From positions 163,990,001 to 164,054,000 of the forward strand of contig OZ024742.1 of NCBI GenBank assembly GCA_964016885.1: a DNA stretch of 64,000 nt, given 5' to 3'. The stretch's first letter is position 1. Every line of letters begins with the position of its first letter. The translations under genes were made by a program, and so were the position numbers. The notes below the pieces were generated by a model. It had not been told where the DNA came from and ran no database searches. It saw only the letters and a program-made list of their open reading frames with translations. Source of the DNA: Eledone cirrhosa (lineage: Eukaryota). This document shows positions 1 through 14,049 of this stretch, piece by piece.

Positions 1-3000
1 TTTACAAATTATCTCCCCCTGATTTTTTTTTACAAATTATCTACCCCTGATTTTTTTTTACAAATTATCTCCCCCTGATTTTTTTTACAAATTATCTCTC
101 CCTGATTTTTTTTTACAAATTATCTCCCCCTGATTTTTTTTTACAAATTATCTACCCCTGATTTTTTTTTACAAATTATCTCCCCCTGATTTTTTTTACA
201 AATTATCTCCCCCTGATTTTTTTTACAAATTATCTCCCCCTGATTTTTTTACAAATTATCTCACCCCGATTTTTTTTACAAATTATCTCCGCCTAATTTT
301 TTTAAATATTATCTTCCCTTGGCTGGCGGGAAATTATCTCCCCTTGGACGGCTGAAAATTATCTCCCCTTGGACGGCTGGAAATTATCTCCCCTTGATTT
401 TTTTACAAATTATCTCCCCCTGATTATTTTTTACAAATTATCTCCCCCTGATTTTTTTTTACAAATTATCTCCCTCTGATTTTTTTTACAAATTATCTCC
501 CCTTGGCTGGCTGGAAATTATCTCCCCTTGGAGGCTGGAATTTATCTCCCCTTGGACGGTTAGAAATTACCTCTCCTTGGACTGCTGGAAAATATGTCTC
601 CTTGGACGGCTGGAAATTATCTCCCCTGGGACGGCTGGAAATTATCTCCCCTTGGACGGCTGGAAATTATCTCTCCTCGGACGACTAGAAATTACCTCTC
701 CTTGGACAGCTGAAAATTATCTCCCCTTGGACGGCTGGAAATTATCTCCCCTTGATTTTTTTTACAAATTATCTCCCCCTGATTTTTTTTTACAAATTAT
801 CTCCCCCTGATTTTATTTTACAAATTATCTCCCCCTGATTTTTTTTACAAATTATCTCCCCCTGATATTTTTTACAAATTATCTCCCCCTGATTTTTTTA
901 CAAATTATCTCCCCTTGGCTGGCTGGAAATTATCTCCCCTTGGAGGCTGGAATTTATCTCCCCTTGGACGGCTAGAAATTACCTCCCCTTGGACGGCTGG
1001 AAATTATCTCCCCTTGGACGGCTGGAAATTATCTCCCCTTGGACGGCTGGAAATTATCTCCCCTTGGACGGCTAGATATTACCTCCCCTTGGACGGCTGG
1101 AAATTATCTCCCCTTGATTTTTTTTACAAATTATCTCCCCCTGATTTTTTTTTACAAATTATCTCCCCCTGATTTTTTTTACAAATTATCTCCCCCTGAT
1201 TTTTTTACAAATTATCTCCCCCCGATTTTTTTTACAAATTATATCCGCCTAATTTTTTTAAATATTATCTTCCCTTGGCTGGCGGGAAATTATCTCCCCT
1301 TGGACAGCTGAAAATTATCTCCCCTTGGACGGCTGGAAATTATCTCCCCTTGATTTTTTTTACAAATTATCTCCCCCTGATTTTTTTTTACAAATTATCT
1401 CCCCCTGATTTTATTTTACAAATTATCTCCCCTTGATTTTTTTTACAAATTATCTCCCCCTGATATTTTTTACAAATTATCTCCCCCTGATTTTTTTACA
1501 AATTATCTCCCCTTGGCTGGCTGGAAATTATCTCCCCTTGGAGGCTGGAATTTATCTCCCCTTGGACGGCTAGAAATTACCTCGCCTTGGACGGCTGGAA
1601 AATATGTCTCCTTGGACGGCTGGAAATTATCTCCCCTTGGACGGCTGGAAATTATCTCCCCTTGGACGGCTGGAAATTATCTCCCCTTGGACGGCTAGAT
1701 ATTACCTCCCCTTGGACGGCTGGAAATTATCTCCCCTTGATTTTTTTTACAAATTATCTCCCCCTGATTTTTTTTTACAAATTATCTCCCCCTGATTTTT
1801 TTTACAAATTATCTCACCCTGATTTTTTTACAAATTATCTCCCCCCGATTTTTTTTACAAATTATATCCGCCTAATTTTTTTAAATATTATCTTCCCTTG
1901 GCTGGCGGGAAATTATCTCCCCTTGGACGGCTGAAAATTATCTCCCCTTGGACGGCTGGAAATTATCTCCCCTTGATTTTTTTACAAATTATCTCCCCCT
2001 GATTATTTTTTACAAATTATCTCCCCCTGATTTTTTTTTACAAATTATCTCCCTCTGATTTTTTTTACAAATTATCTCCCCTTGGCTGGCTGGAAATTAT
2101 CTCCCCTTGGAGGCTGGAATTTATCTCCCCTTGGACGGTTAGAAATTACCTCTCCTTGGACTGCTGGAAAATATGTCTCCTTGGACGGCTGGAAATTATC
2201 TCCCCTTGGACGGCTGGAAATTATCTCCCCTTGGACGGCTGGAAATTATCTCTCCTCGGACGACTAGAAATTACCTCTCCTTGGACAGCTGAAAATTATT
2301 TCCCCTTGGACGGCTGGAAATTATCTCCCCTTGATTTTTTTTACAAATTATCTCCCCCTGATTTTTTTTACAAATTATCTCCCCCTAATTTTTTTTTACA
2401 AATTATCTCCCCCTGATTTTTTTTACAAATTATCTCCCCCTGATATTTTTTACAAATTATCTCCCCCTGATTTTTTTACAAATTATCTCCCCTTGGCTGG
2501 CTGGAAATTATCTCCCCTTGGAGGCTGGAATTTATCTCCCCTTGGACGGCTAGAAATTACCTCGCCTTGGACGGCTGGAAAATATGTCTCCTTGGAGGGC
2601 TGGAAATTATCTCCCCTTGGACGGCTGGAAATTATCTCCCCTTGGACGGCTGGAAATTATCTCCCCTTGGACGGCTAGATATTACCTCCCCTTGGACGGC
2701 TGGAAATTATCTCCCCTTGATTTTTTTTACAATTTATCTCCCCCTGATTTTTTTTTACAAATTATCTCCCCCTGATTTTTTTTTACGAATTATCTCCCCC
2801 TGATTTTTTTTTACAAATTATCTCCGCCTGATTTTTTTTAAAAAATTATCTCCCCTTGAACGGCTGGAAATTATCTCCCCTTGGACGGCTGGAAATTATC
2901 TCCCCTTGGACGGCTAGAAATTACCTCTCCTTGGACGGCTGAAAATTATCTCCCCTTGGACGGCTGCAAATTATCTCCCCTTGATTTTTTAACAAATTAT

Positions 3001-6000
3001 CTCCCCCTGATTTTTTTTTACAAATTATCTCCCCCTGATTTTTTTTTACAAATTATCTACGCCTAATTTTTTTTACAAATTATCTCCCCCTGATTTTTTT
3101 TTACAAATTATCTCCCCCTGATTTTTTTTACAAATTATCTCCCCCTGATTTTTTTTTACAAATTATTTCCCCCTGATTTTTTTACAAATTATCTCCCCCC
3201 TGATTTTTTTTTACAATCTCCGCCTGATTTTTTAAAAAATTATCTTCCCTTGGCTGGCGGGAAATTATCTCCCCTTGGACGGCTGGAAATTATATCCCCT
3301 TGGAAGGATGGAAATTATCTCCCCTTGGACGGCTGGAAATTATCTCCCCTTGGACGGCTGGAAATTATCTCCCCTTGGACAGCTGGAAATTATCTGCCCT
3401 TGATTTTGTTTTTACAAATTATCTCCCCCTGATTTTTTTTACAAATTATCTCCACCTGATTTTTAAAAAAATTATCTCCCCTTGGACGGCTGGAAATTAT
3501 CTCCCCTTGATTTTTTTACAAATTATCTCCCCCTGATTTTTTTTACAAATTATCTCCCCCTGATTTTTTTTTACAAATTATCTCCCCCTGATTTTTTTAC
3601 AAATTATCTCCCCCTGATTTTTTTTACAAATTATCTCCGCCTGATTTTTTTAAATATAATCTTCCCTTGGCTGGCGGGAAATTATCTCCCCTTGGACGGC
3701 TGAAAATTATCTCCCCTTGGACGGCTGGAAATTATCTCCCCTTGATTTTTTTTACAAATTATCTCCCCCTGATTTTTTTTTACAAATTATCTCCCCCTGA
3801 TTTTTTTTTACAAATTATCTCCCCCTGATTTTTTTTTACAAATTATCTCACCCTGATTTTTTTTACAAATTATCTCCCCCTTATTTTTTTACAAATTATC
3901 TCCCCTTGGCTGGCTGGAAATTATCTCCCCTTGGAGGCTGGAATTTATCTCCCCTTGGACGGCTAGAAATTACCTCTCCTTGGACGGCTGGAAAATATGT
4001 CTCCTTGGACGGCTGGATATTATCTACCCTTGGACGGCTGGAAATTATCTCCCCTTGGACGGCTGGAAATTATCTCCCCTTGGACGGCTAGATATTACCT
4101 CCCCTTGGACGGCTGGAAATTATCTCCCCTTGATTTTTTTACAAATTATCTCCCCCTGATTTTTTTACAAATTATCTCCACCTGATTTTTTTTACAAATT
4201 ATCTTCGCCTAATTTTTTTAAATATTATCTTCCCTTGGCTGGCGGGAAATTATCTCCCCTTGGACGGCTGGAAATTATCTCCCCTTGATTTTTTTTACAA
4301 ATTATCTCCCCCTGATTTTTTTTTACAAATTATCTCCCCCTGATTTTTTTTACAAATTATCTCCACCTGATTTTTTAAAAAATTATCTCCCCTTGGACGG
4401 CTGGAAATTATCTCCCCTTGATTTTTTTACAAATTATCTCCCCCTGATTTTTTTTACAAATTATCTCCCCCTGATTTTTTTTTACAAATTATCTCCCCCT
4501 GATTTTTTTTTACAAATTATCTCCCCCTGATTTTTTTTTACAAATTATTTCCCCCTGATTTTTTTTAGAAATTATCTCCCCCTGATTTTTTTACAAATTT
4601 TCTCCCCTTAGCTGGCTGGAAATTATCTCCCCTGGGAGGCTGGAATTTATCTCCCCTTGGACGGCTAGAAATTACCTCTCCTTGGACGGCTGGAAAATAT
4701 GTCCTTGGACGGCTGGATATTATCTACCCTTGGACGGCTGGAAATTATCTCCCCTTGGACGGCTGGAAATTATCTCCCCTTGGACGGCTAGATATTAGCT
4801 CCCCTTGGACGGCTGGAAATTATCTCCCCTTGATTTTTTTTACAAATTATCTCCCCCTGATTTTTTTTTACAAATTATCTCCCCCTGATTTTTTTTTACA
4901 AATTATCTACCCCTGATTTTTTTTTACAAATTATCTCCCCCTGATTTTTTTTACAAATTATCTCTCCCTGATTTTTTTTTACAAATTATCTCCCCCTGAT
5001 TTTTTTTTACAAATTATCTACCCCTGATTTTTTTTTACAAATTATCTCCCCCTGATTTTTTTTACAAATTATCTCCCCCTGATTTTTTTTACAAATTATC
5101 TCCCCCTGATTTTTTTACAAATTATCTCCCCCCGATTTTTTTTACAAATTATCTCCGCCTAATTTTTTTAAATATTATCTTCCCTTGGCTGGCGGGAAAT
5201 TATCTCCCCTTGGACGGCTGAAAATTATCTCCCCTTGGACGGCTGGAAATTATCTCCCCTTGATTTTTTTACAAATTATCTCCCCCTGATTATTTTTTAC
5301 AAATTATCTCCCCCTGATTTTTTTTTACAAATTATCTCCCTCTGATTTTTTTTACAAATTATCTCCCCTTGGCTGGCTGGAAATTATCTCCCCTTGGAGG
5401 CTGGAATTTATCTCCCCTTGGACGGTTAGAAATTACCTCTCCTTGGACTGCTGGAAAATATGTCTCCTTGGACGGCTGGAAATTATCTCCCCTGGGACGG
5501 CTGGAAATTATCTCCCCTTGGACGGCTGGAAATTATCTCTCCTCGGACGACTAGAAATTACCTCTCCTTGGACAGCTGAAAATTATCTCCCCTTGGACGG
5601 CTGGAAATTATCTCCCCTTGATTTTTTTTACAAATTATCTCCCCCTGATTTTTTTTTACAAATTATCTCCCCCTGATTTTATTTTACAAATTATCTCCCC
5701 CTGATTTTTTTTACAAATTATCTCCCCCTGATATTTTTTACAAATTATCTCCCCCTGATTTTTTTACAAATTATCTCCCCTTGGCTGGCTGGAAATTATC
5801 TCCCCTTGGAGGCTGGAATTTATCTCCCCTTGGACGGCTAGAAATTACCTCGCCTTGGACGGCTGGAAAATATGTCTCCTTGGACGGCTGGAAATTATCT
5901 CCCCTTGGACGGCTGGAAATTATCTCCCCTTGGACGGCTGGAAATTATCTCCCCTTGGACGGCTAGATATTACCTCCCCTTGGACGGCTGGAAATTATCT

Positions 6001-9000
6001 CCCCTTGATTTTTTTTACAAATTATCTCCCCCTGATTTTTTTTTACAAATTATCTCCCCCTGATTTTTTTTACAAATTATCTCCCCCTGATTTTTTTACA
6101 AATTATCTCCCCCCGATTTTTTTTACAAATTATATCCGCCTAATTTTTTTAAATATTATCTTCCCTTGGCTGGCGGGAAATTATCTCCCCTTGGACAGCT
6201 GAAAATTATCTCCCCTTGGACGGCTGGAAATTATCTCCCCTTGATTTTTTTTACAAATTATCTCCCCCTGATTTTTTTTTACAAATTATCTCCCCCTGAT
6301 TTTATTTTACAAATTATCTCCCCTTGATTTTTTTTACAAATTATCTCCCCCTGATATTTTTTACAAATTATCTCCCCCTGATTTTTTTACAAATTATCTC
6401 CCCTTGGCTGGCTGGAAATTATCTCCCCTTGGAGGCTGGAATTTATCTCCCCTTGGACGGCTAGAAATTACCTCGCCTTGGACGGCTGGAAAATATGTCT
6501 CCTTGGACGGCTGGAAATTATCTCCCCTTGGACGGCTGGAAATTATCTCCCCTTGGACGGCTGGAAATTATCTCCCCTTGGACGGCTAGATATTACCTCC
6601 CCTTGGACGGCTGGAAATTATCTCACCTTGATTTTTTTTACAAATTATCTCCCTCTGATTTTTTTTTACAAATTATCTCCCCCTGATTTTTTTTACAAAT
6701 TATCTCCCCCTGATTTTTTTACAAATTATCTCCCCCCGATTTTTTTTACAAATTATATCCGCCTAATTTTTTTAAATATTATCTTCCCTTGGCTGGCGGG
6801 AAATTATCTCCCCTTGGACGGCTGAAAATTATCTCCCCTTGGACGGCTGGAAATTATCTCCCCTTGATTTTTTTACAAATTATCTCCCCCTGATTATTTT
6901 TTACAAATTATCTCCCCCTGATTTTTTTTTACAAATTATCTCCCTCTGATTTTTTTTACAAATTATCTCCCCTTGGCTGGCTGGAAATGATCTCCCCTTG
7001 GAGGCTGGAATTTATCTCCCCTTGGACGGTTAGAAATTACCTCTCCTTGGACTGCTGGAAAATATGTCTCCTTGGACGGCTGGAAATTATCTCCCCTTGG
7101 ACGGCTGGAAATTATCTCCCCTTGGACGGCTGGAAATTATCTCTCCTCGGACGACTAGAAATTACCTCTCCTTGGACATCTGAAAATTATTTCCCCTTGG
7201 ACGGCTGGAAATTATCTCCCCTTGATTTTTTTTACAAATTATCTCCCCCTGATTTTTTTTACAAATTATCTCCCCCTAATTTTTTTTTACAAATTATCTC
7301 CCCCTGATTTTTTTTACAAATTATCTCCCCCTGATATTTTTTACAAATTATCTCCCCCTGATTTTTTTACAAATTATCTCCCCTTGGCTGGCTGGAAATT
7401 ATCTCCCCTTGGAGGCTGGAATTTATCTCCCCTTGGACGGCTAGAAATTACCTCGCCTTGGACGGCTGGAAAATATGTCTCCTTGGAGGGCTGGTAATTA
7501 TCTCCCCTTGGACGGCTGGAAATTATCTCCCCTTGGACGGCTGGAAATTATCTCCCCTTGGACGGCTAGATATTACCTCCCCTTGGACGGCTGGAAATTA
7601 TCTCCCCTTGATTTTTTTTACAATTTATCTCCCCCTGATTTTTTTTTACAAATTATCTCCCCCTGATTTTTTTTTACGAATTATCTCCCCCTGATTTTTT
7701 TTTACAAATTATCTCCGCCTGATTTTTTTTTAAAAATTATCTCCCCTTGAACGGCTGGAAATTATCTCCCCTTGGACGGCTGGAAATTATCTCCCCTTGG
7801 ACGGCTAGAAATTACCTCTCCTTGGACGGCTGAAAATTATCTCCCCTTGGACGGCTGCAAATTATCTCCCCTTGATTTTTTAACAAATTATCTCCCCCTG
7901 ATTTTTTTTTACAAATTATCTCCCCCTGATTTTTTTTTACAAATTATCTACGCCTAATTTTTTTTACAAATTATCTCCCCCTGATTTTTTTTTACAAATT
8001 ATCTCCCCCTGATTTTTTTTACAAATTATCTCCCCCTGATTTTTTTTTACAAATTATTTCCCCCTGATTTTTTTACAAATTATCTCCCCCCTGATTTTTT
8101 TTACAATCTCCGCCTGATTTTTTAAAAAATTATCTTCCCTTGGCTGGCGGGAAATTATCTCCCCTTGGACGGCTGGAAATTATATCCCCTTGGAAGGATG
8201 GAAATTATCTCCCCTTGGACGGCTGGAAATTATCTCCCCTTGGACGGCTGGAAATTATCTCCCCTTGGACAGCTGGAAATTATCTGCCCTTGATTTTGTT
8301 TTTACAAATTATCTCCCCCTGATTTTTTTTACAAATTATCTCCACCTGATTTTTAAAAAAATTATCTCCCCTTGGACGGCTGGAAATTATCTCCCCTTGA
8401 TTTTTTTACAAATTATCTCCCCCTGATTTTTTTTACAAATTATCTCCCCCTGATTTTTTTTTACAAATTATCTCCCCCTGATTTTTTTACAAATTATCTC
8501 CCGCTGATTTTTTTTACAAATTATCTCCGCCTGATTTTTTTAAATATTATCTTCCCTTGGCTGGCGGGAAATTATCTCCCCTTGGACGGCTGAAAATTAT
8601 CTCCCCTTGGACGGCTGGAAATTATCTCCCCTTGATTTTTTTTACAAATTATCTCCCCCTAATTTTTTTTTACAAATTATCTCCCCCTGATTTTTTTTTA
8701 CAAATTATCTCCCCCTGATTTTTTTTTACAAATTATCTCCCCCTGATTTTTTTACAAATTATCTCCCCTTGGCTGGCTGGAAATTATCTCCCCTTGGAGG
8801 CTGGAATTTATCTCCCCTTGGACGGCTAGAAATTACCTCTCCTTGGACGGCTGGAAAATATGTCTCCTTGGACGGCTGGATATTATCTACCCTTGGACGG
8901 CTGGAAATTATCTCCCCTTGGACGGCTGGAAATTATCTCCCCTTGGACGGCTAGATATTACCTCCCCTTGGACGGCTGGAAATTATCTCCCCTTGATTTT

Positions 9001-9375
9001 TTTACAAATTATCTCCCCCTGATTTTTTTACAAATTATCTCCCCCTGATTTTTTTTACAAATTATCTTCGCCTAATTTTTTTAAATATTATCTTCCCTTG
9101 GCTGGCGGGAAATTATCTCCCCTTGGACGGCTGGAAATTATCTCCCCTTGATTTTTTTTACAAATTATCTCCCCCTGATTTTTTTTTACAAATTATCTCC
9201 CCCTGATTTTTTTTACAAATTATCTCCACCTGATTTTTTAAAAAATTATCTCCCCTTGGACGGCTGGAAATTATCTCCCCTTGATTTTTTTACAAATTAT
9301 CTCCCCCTGATTTTTTTTACAAATTATCTCCCCCTGATTTTTTTTTACAAATTATCTCCCCCTGATTTTTTTTTA
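1..9375. repeat. ~4.87-4.89 kb tandem higher-order duplication (1-~4510 repeated at 4867-~9375)
   Basis: Matching variant series at near-constant offset: ORF-track starts 503/5369, 1513/6404, 2881/7772, 3250/8140, 3906/8769, 4285/9148. The offset changes mainly by single-monomer steps (25 or 27 bp). Shared rare variants include CTCCCCTGGGACGG and TATATCCGCC. Confidence 0.9.
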
Positions 9376-11019
9376 CGAATTATCTCCCCCTGATTTTTTT
9401 TTATAAATTATCTCCGCCTGATTTTTTTTTAAAAATTATCTCCCCTTGAACGGCTGGAAATTATCTCCCCTTGGACGGCTGGAAATTATCTCCCCTTGGA
9501 CGGCTAGAAATTACCTCTCCTTGGACGGCTGAAAATTATCTCCCCTTGGACGGCTGCAAATTATCTCCCCTTGATTTTTTAACAAATTATCTCCCCCTGA
9601 TTTTTTTTTACAAATTATCTCCCCCTGATTTTTTTTTACAAATTATCTACGCCTAATTTTTTTTACAAATTATCTCCCCCTGATTTTTTTTACAAATTAT
9701 CTCCCACTGATTTTTTTTTACAAATTATTTCCCCCTGATTTTTTTACAAATTATCTCCCCCCTGATTTTTTTTACAATCTCCGCCTGATTTTTTAAAAAA
9801 TTATCTTCCCTTGGCTGGCGGGAAATTATCTCCCCTTGGACGGCTGGAAATTATATCCCCTTGGACGGCTGGAAATTACCTCCCCTTGGACAGCTGGAAA
9901 TTATCTGCCCTTGATTTTGTTTTTACAAATTATCTCCCCCTGATTTTTTTTACAAATTATCTCCACATGATTTTTTAAAAAATTATCTCCCCTTGGACGG
10001 CTGGAAATTATCTCCCCTTGATTTTTTTACAAATTATCTCCCCCTGATTTTTTTTACAAATTATCTCCCCCTGATTTTTTTTTTACAAATTATCTCCCCC
10101 TGATTTTTTTACAAATTATCTCCCCCTGATTTTTTTTACAAATTATCTCCGCCTGATTTTTTTAAATATTATCTTCCTCTGGCTGGCGGGAAATTATCTC
10201 CCCTTGGACGGCTGAAAATTATCTCCCCTTGGACGGCTGGAAATTATCTCCCCTTGATTTTTTTTACAAATTATCTCCCCCTGATTTTTTTTTACAAATT
10301 ATCTCCCCCTGATTTTTTTTTACAAATTATCTCCCCCTGATTTTTTTTTACAAATTATCTGCCCCTGATTTTTTTTACAAATTATCTCCCCCTGATTTTT
10401 TTACAAATTATCTCCCCTTGGCTGGCTGGAAATTATCTCCCCTTGGAGGCTGGAATTTATCTCCCCTTGGACGGCTAGAAATTACCTCTCCTTGGACGGC
10501 TGGAAAATATTTCTCCTTGGACGGCTGGATATTATCTACCCTTGGACGGGTGGAAATTATCTCCCCTTGGACGGCTGGAAATTATCTCCCCTTGGACGGC
10601 TAGATATTACCTCCCCTTGGACGGCTGGAAATTATCTCCCCTTGATTTTTTTTACAAATTATCTCCCACTGATTTTTTTTTACAAATTATCTCCCCCTGA
10701 TTTTTTTACAAATTATCTCCCCCTGATTTTTTTTACAAATTATCTCCGCCTGATTTTTTTAAATATTATCTTCTCTTGGCTGGCGGGGAATTATCTCCCC
10801 TTGGACGGCTGAAAATTATCTCCCCTTGGACGGCTGGAAATTATCTCCCCTTGATTTTTTTTACAAATTATCTCCCCCTGATTTTTTTTTACAAATTATC
10901 TCCCCCTGATTTTTTTTTACAAATTATCTCACCCTGATTTTTTTTTACAAATTATTTCCCCCTGATTTTTTTTACAAATTATCTCCCCCTGATTTTTTTA
11001 CAAATTATCTCCCCTTAGC

Positions 11020-12600
11020 TGGCTGGAAATTATCTCCCCTTGGAGGCTGGAATTTATCTCCCCTTGGACGGCTAGAAATTACCTCTCCTTGGACGGCTGG
11101 AAAATATGTCCTTGGACGGCTGGATATTATCTACCCTTGGACGGCTGGAAATTATCTCCCCTTGGACCTGCTGGAAATTATCTCCCCTTGGACGGCTAGA
11201 TATTACCTCCCCTTGGACGGCTGGAAATTATCTCCCCTTGATTTTTTTTACAAATTATCTCCCCCTGATTTTTTTTTACAAATTATCTCCCCCTGATTTT
11301 TTTTTACAAATTATCTACCCCTGATTTTTTTTTACAAATTATCTCCCCCTGATTTTTTTTACAAATTATCTCTCCCTGATTTTTTTTTACAAATTATCTC
11401 CCCCTGATTTTTTTTTACAAATTATCTACCCCTGATTTTTTTTTTACAAATTATCTCCCCCTGATTTTTTTTACAAATTATTTCCCCCTGATTTTTTTTA
11501 CAAATTATCTCCCCCTGATTTTTTTACAAATTATCTCCCCCCGATTTTTTTTACAAATTATCTCCGCCTAATTTTTTTAAATATTATCTTCCCTTGGCTG
11601 GCGGGAAATTATCTCCCCTTGGACGGCTGAAAATTATCTCCCCTTGGACGGCTGGAAATTATCTCCCCTTGATTTTTTTACAAATTATCTCCCCCTGATT
11701 ATTTTTTACAAATTATCTCCCCCTGATTTTTTTTTACAAATTATCTCCCTCTGATTTTTTTTACAAATTATCTCCCCTTGGCTGGCTGGAAATTATCTCC
11801 CCTTGGAGGCTGGAATTTATCTCCCCTTGGACGGTTAGAAATTACCTCTCCTTGGACTGCTGGAAAATATGTCTCCTTGGACGGCTGGAAATTATCTCCC
11901 CTGGGACGGCTGGAAATTATCTCCCCTTGGACGGCTGGAAATTATCTCTCCTCGGACGTCTAGAAATTACCTCTCCTTGGACAGCTGAAAATTATCTCCC
12001 CTTGGACGGCTGGAAATTATCTCCCCTTGATTTTTTTTACAAATTATCTCCCTCTGATTTTTTTTTACAAATTATCTCCCCCTGATTTTATTTTACAAAT
12101 TATCTCCCCCTAATTTTTTTTACAAATTATCTGCCCCTGATATTTTTTACAAATTATCTCCCCCTGATTTTTTTACAAATTATCTCCCCTTGGCTGGCTG
12201 GAAATTATCTCCCCTTGGAGGCTGGAATTTATCTCCCCTTGGACGGCTAGAAATTACCTCGCCTTGGACGGCTGGAAAATATGTCTCCTTGGACGGCTGG
12301 AAATTATCTCCCCTTGGACGGCTGGAAATTATCTCCCCTTGGACGGCTAGATATTACCTCCCCTTGGACGGCTGGAAATTATCTCCCCTTGATTTTTTTT
12401 ACAAATTATCTCCCCCTGATTTTTTTTTACAAATTATCTCCCCCTGATTTTTTTTACAAATTATCTCCCCCTGATTTTTTTACAAATTATCTCCCCCCGA
12501 TTTTTTTTACAAATTATATCCGCCTAATTTTTTTAAATATTATCTTCCCTTGGCTGGCGGGAAATTATCTCCCCTTGGACGGCTGAAAATTATCTCCCCT
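11020..12600. repeat. Third, partial copy of the left-domain higher-order repeat (matches ~4605-6240)
   Basis: CCCCTTAGCTGGCTGG occurs at ~4605 and ~11011. ORF starts 5369/11778 and 5781/12190 both give offset 6409. CTCCCCTGGG is present at ~11897. Confidence 0.8.
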
Positions 12601-14049
12601 TGGACGGCTGGAAATTATCTCCCCTTGATTTTTTTACAAATTATCTCCCCCTGATTTTTTTTACAAATTATCTCCCCCTGATATTTTTTACAAATTATCT
12701 CCCCCTGATTTTTTTACAAATTATCTCCCCTTGGCTGGCTGGAAATTATCTCCCCTTGGAGGCTGGAATTTATCTCCCCTTGGACGGCTAGAAATTACCT
12801 CCCCTTGGACGGCTGGAAATTATCTCCCCTTGGACGGCTAGATATTACCTCCCCTTGGACGGCTGGAAATTATCTCCCCTTGATTTTTTTTACAATTTAT
12901 CTCCCCCTGATTTTTTTTTACAAATTATCTCCCCCTGATTTTTTTTACAAATTATCTCCCCCTGATTTTTTTACAAATTATCTCCCCTTGGCTGGCTGGA
13001 AATTATCTCCCCTTGGAGGCTGGAATTTATCTCCCCTTGGACGGCTAGAAATTACCTCTCCTTGGACGGCTGGAAAATATGTCTCCTTGGACGGCTGGAT
13101 ATTATCTACCCTTGGACGGCTGGAAATTATCTCCCCTTGGACGGCTGGAAATTATCTCCCCTTGGACGGCTAGATATTACCTCCCCTTGGACGGCTGGAA
13201 ATTATCTCCCCTTGATTTTTTTACAAATTATCTCCCCCTGATTTTTTTTACAAATTATCTCCGCCTAATTTTTTTAAATATTATCTTCCCTTGGCTGGCG
13301 GGAAATTATCTCCCCTTGGACGGCTGAAAATTATCTCCCCTTGGACGGCTGGAAATTATCTCCCCTTGATTTTTTTTACAAATTATCTCCCCCTGATTTT
13401 TTTTTACAAATTATCTCCCCCTGATTTTTTTTACAAATTATCTCCCCCTGATTTTTTTACAAATTATCTCCCCTTGGCTGGCTGGAAATTATCTCCCCTT
13501 GGAGGCTGGAATTTATCTCCCCTTGGTCGGCTAGAAATTACCTCTCCTTGGACGGCTGGAAAATATGTCCTTGGACGGCTGGATATTATCTACCCTTGGA
13601 CGGCTGGAAATAATCTCCCCTTGGACGGCTGGAAATTATCTCCCCTTGGACGGCTAGATATTACCTCCCCTTGGACGGCTGGAAATTATCTCCCCTTGAT
13701 TTTTTTTACAATTTATCTCCCCCTGATTTTTTTTTACAAATTATCTCCCCCTGATTTTTTTTTACGAATTATCTCCCCCTGATTTTTTTTTACAAATTAT
13801 CTCCGCCTGATTTTTTTTTAAAAATTATCTCCCCTTGAACGGCTGGAAATTATCTCCCCTTGGACGGCTGGAAATTATCTCCCCTTGGACGCGTAGAAAT
13901 TACCTCTCCTTGGACGGCTGAAAATTATCTCCCCTTGGACGGCTGGAAATTATCTCCCCTTGATTTTTTAACAAATTATCTCCCCCTGATTTTTTTTTAC
14001 AAATTATCTCCCCCTGATTTTTTTTTACAAATTATCTCCCCCTGATTTT

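Noticed and set aside
613-625. Imperfect dyad GGAAATTATCTCC in A runs and T-tracts resembling intrinsic terminators
   Set aside because: The dyad matches its reverse complement at only 10 of 13 positions with a very weak stem. No GC hairpin precedes the T tracts and there is no gene to terminate.
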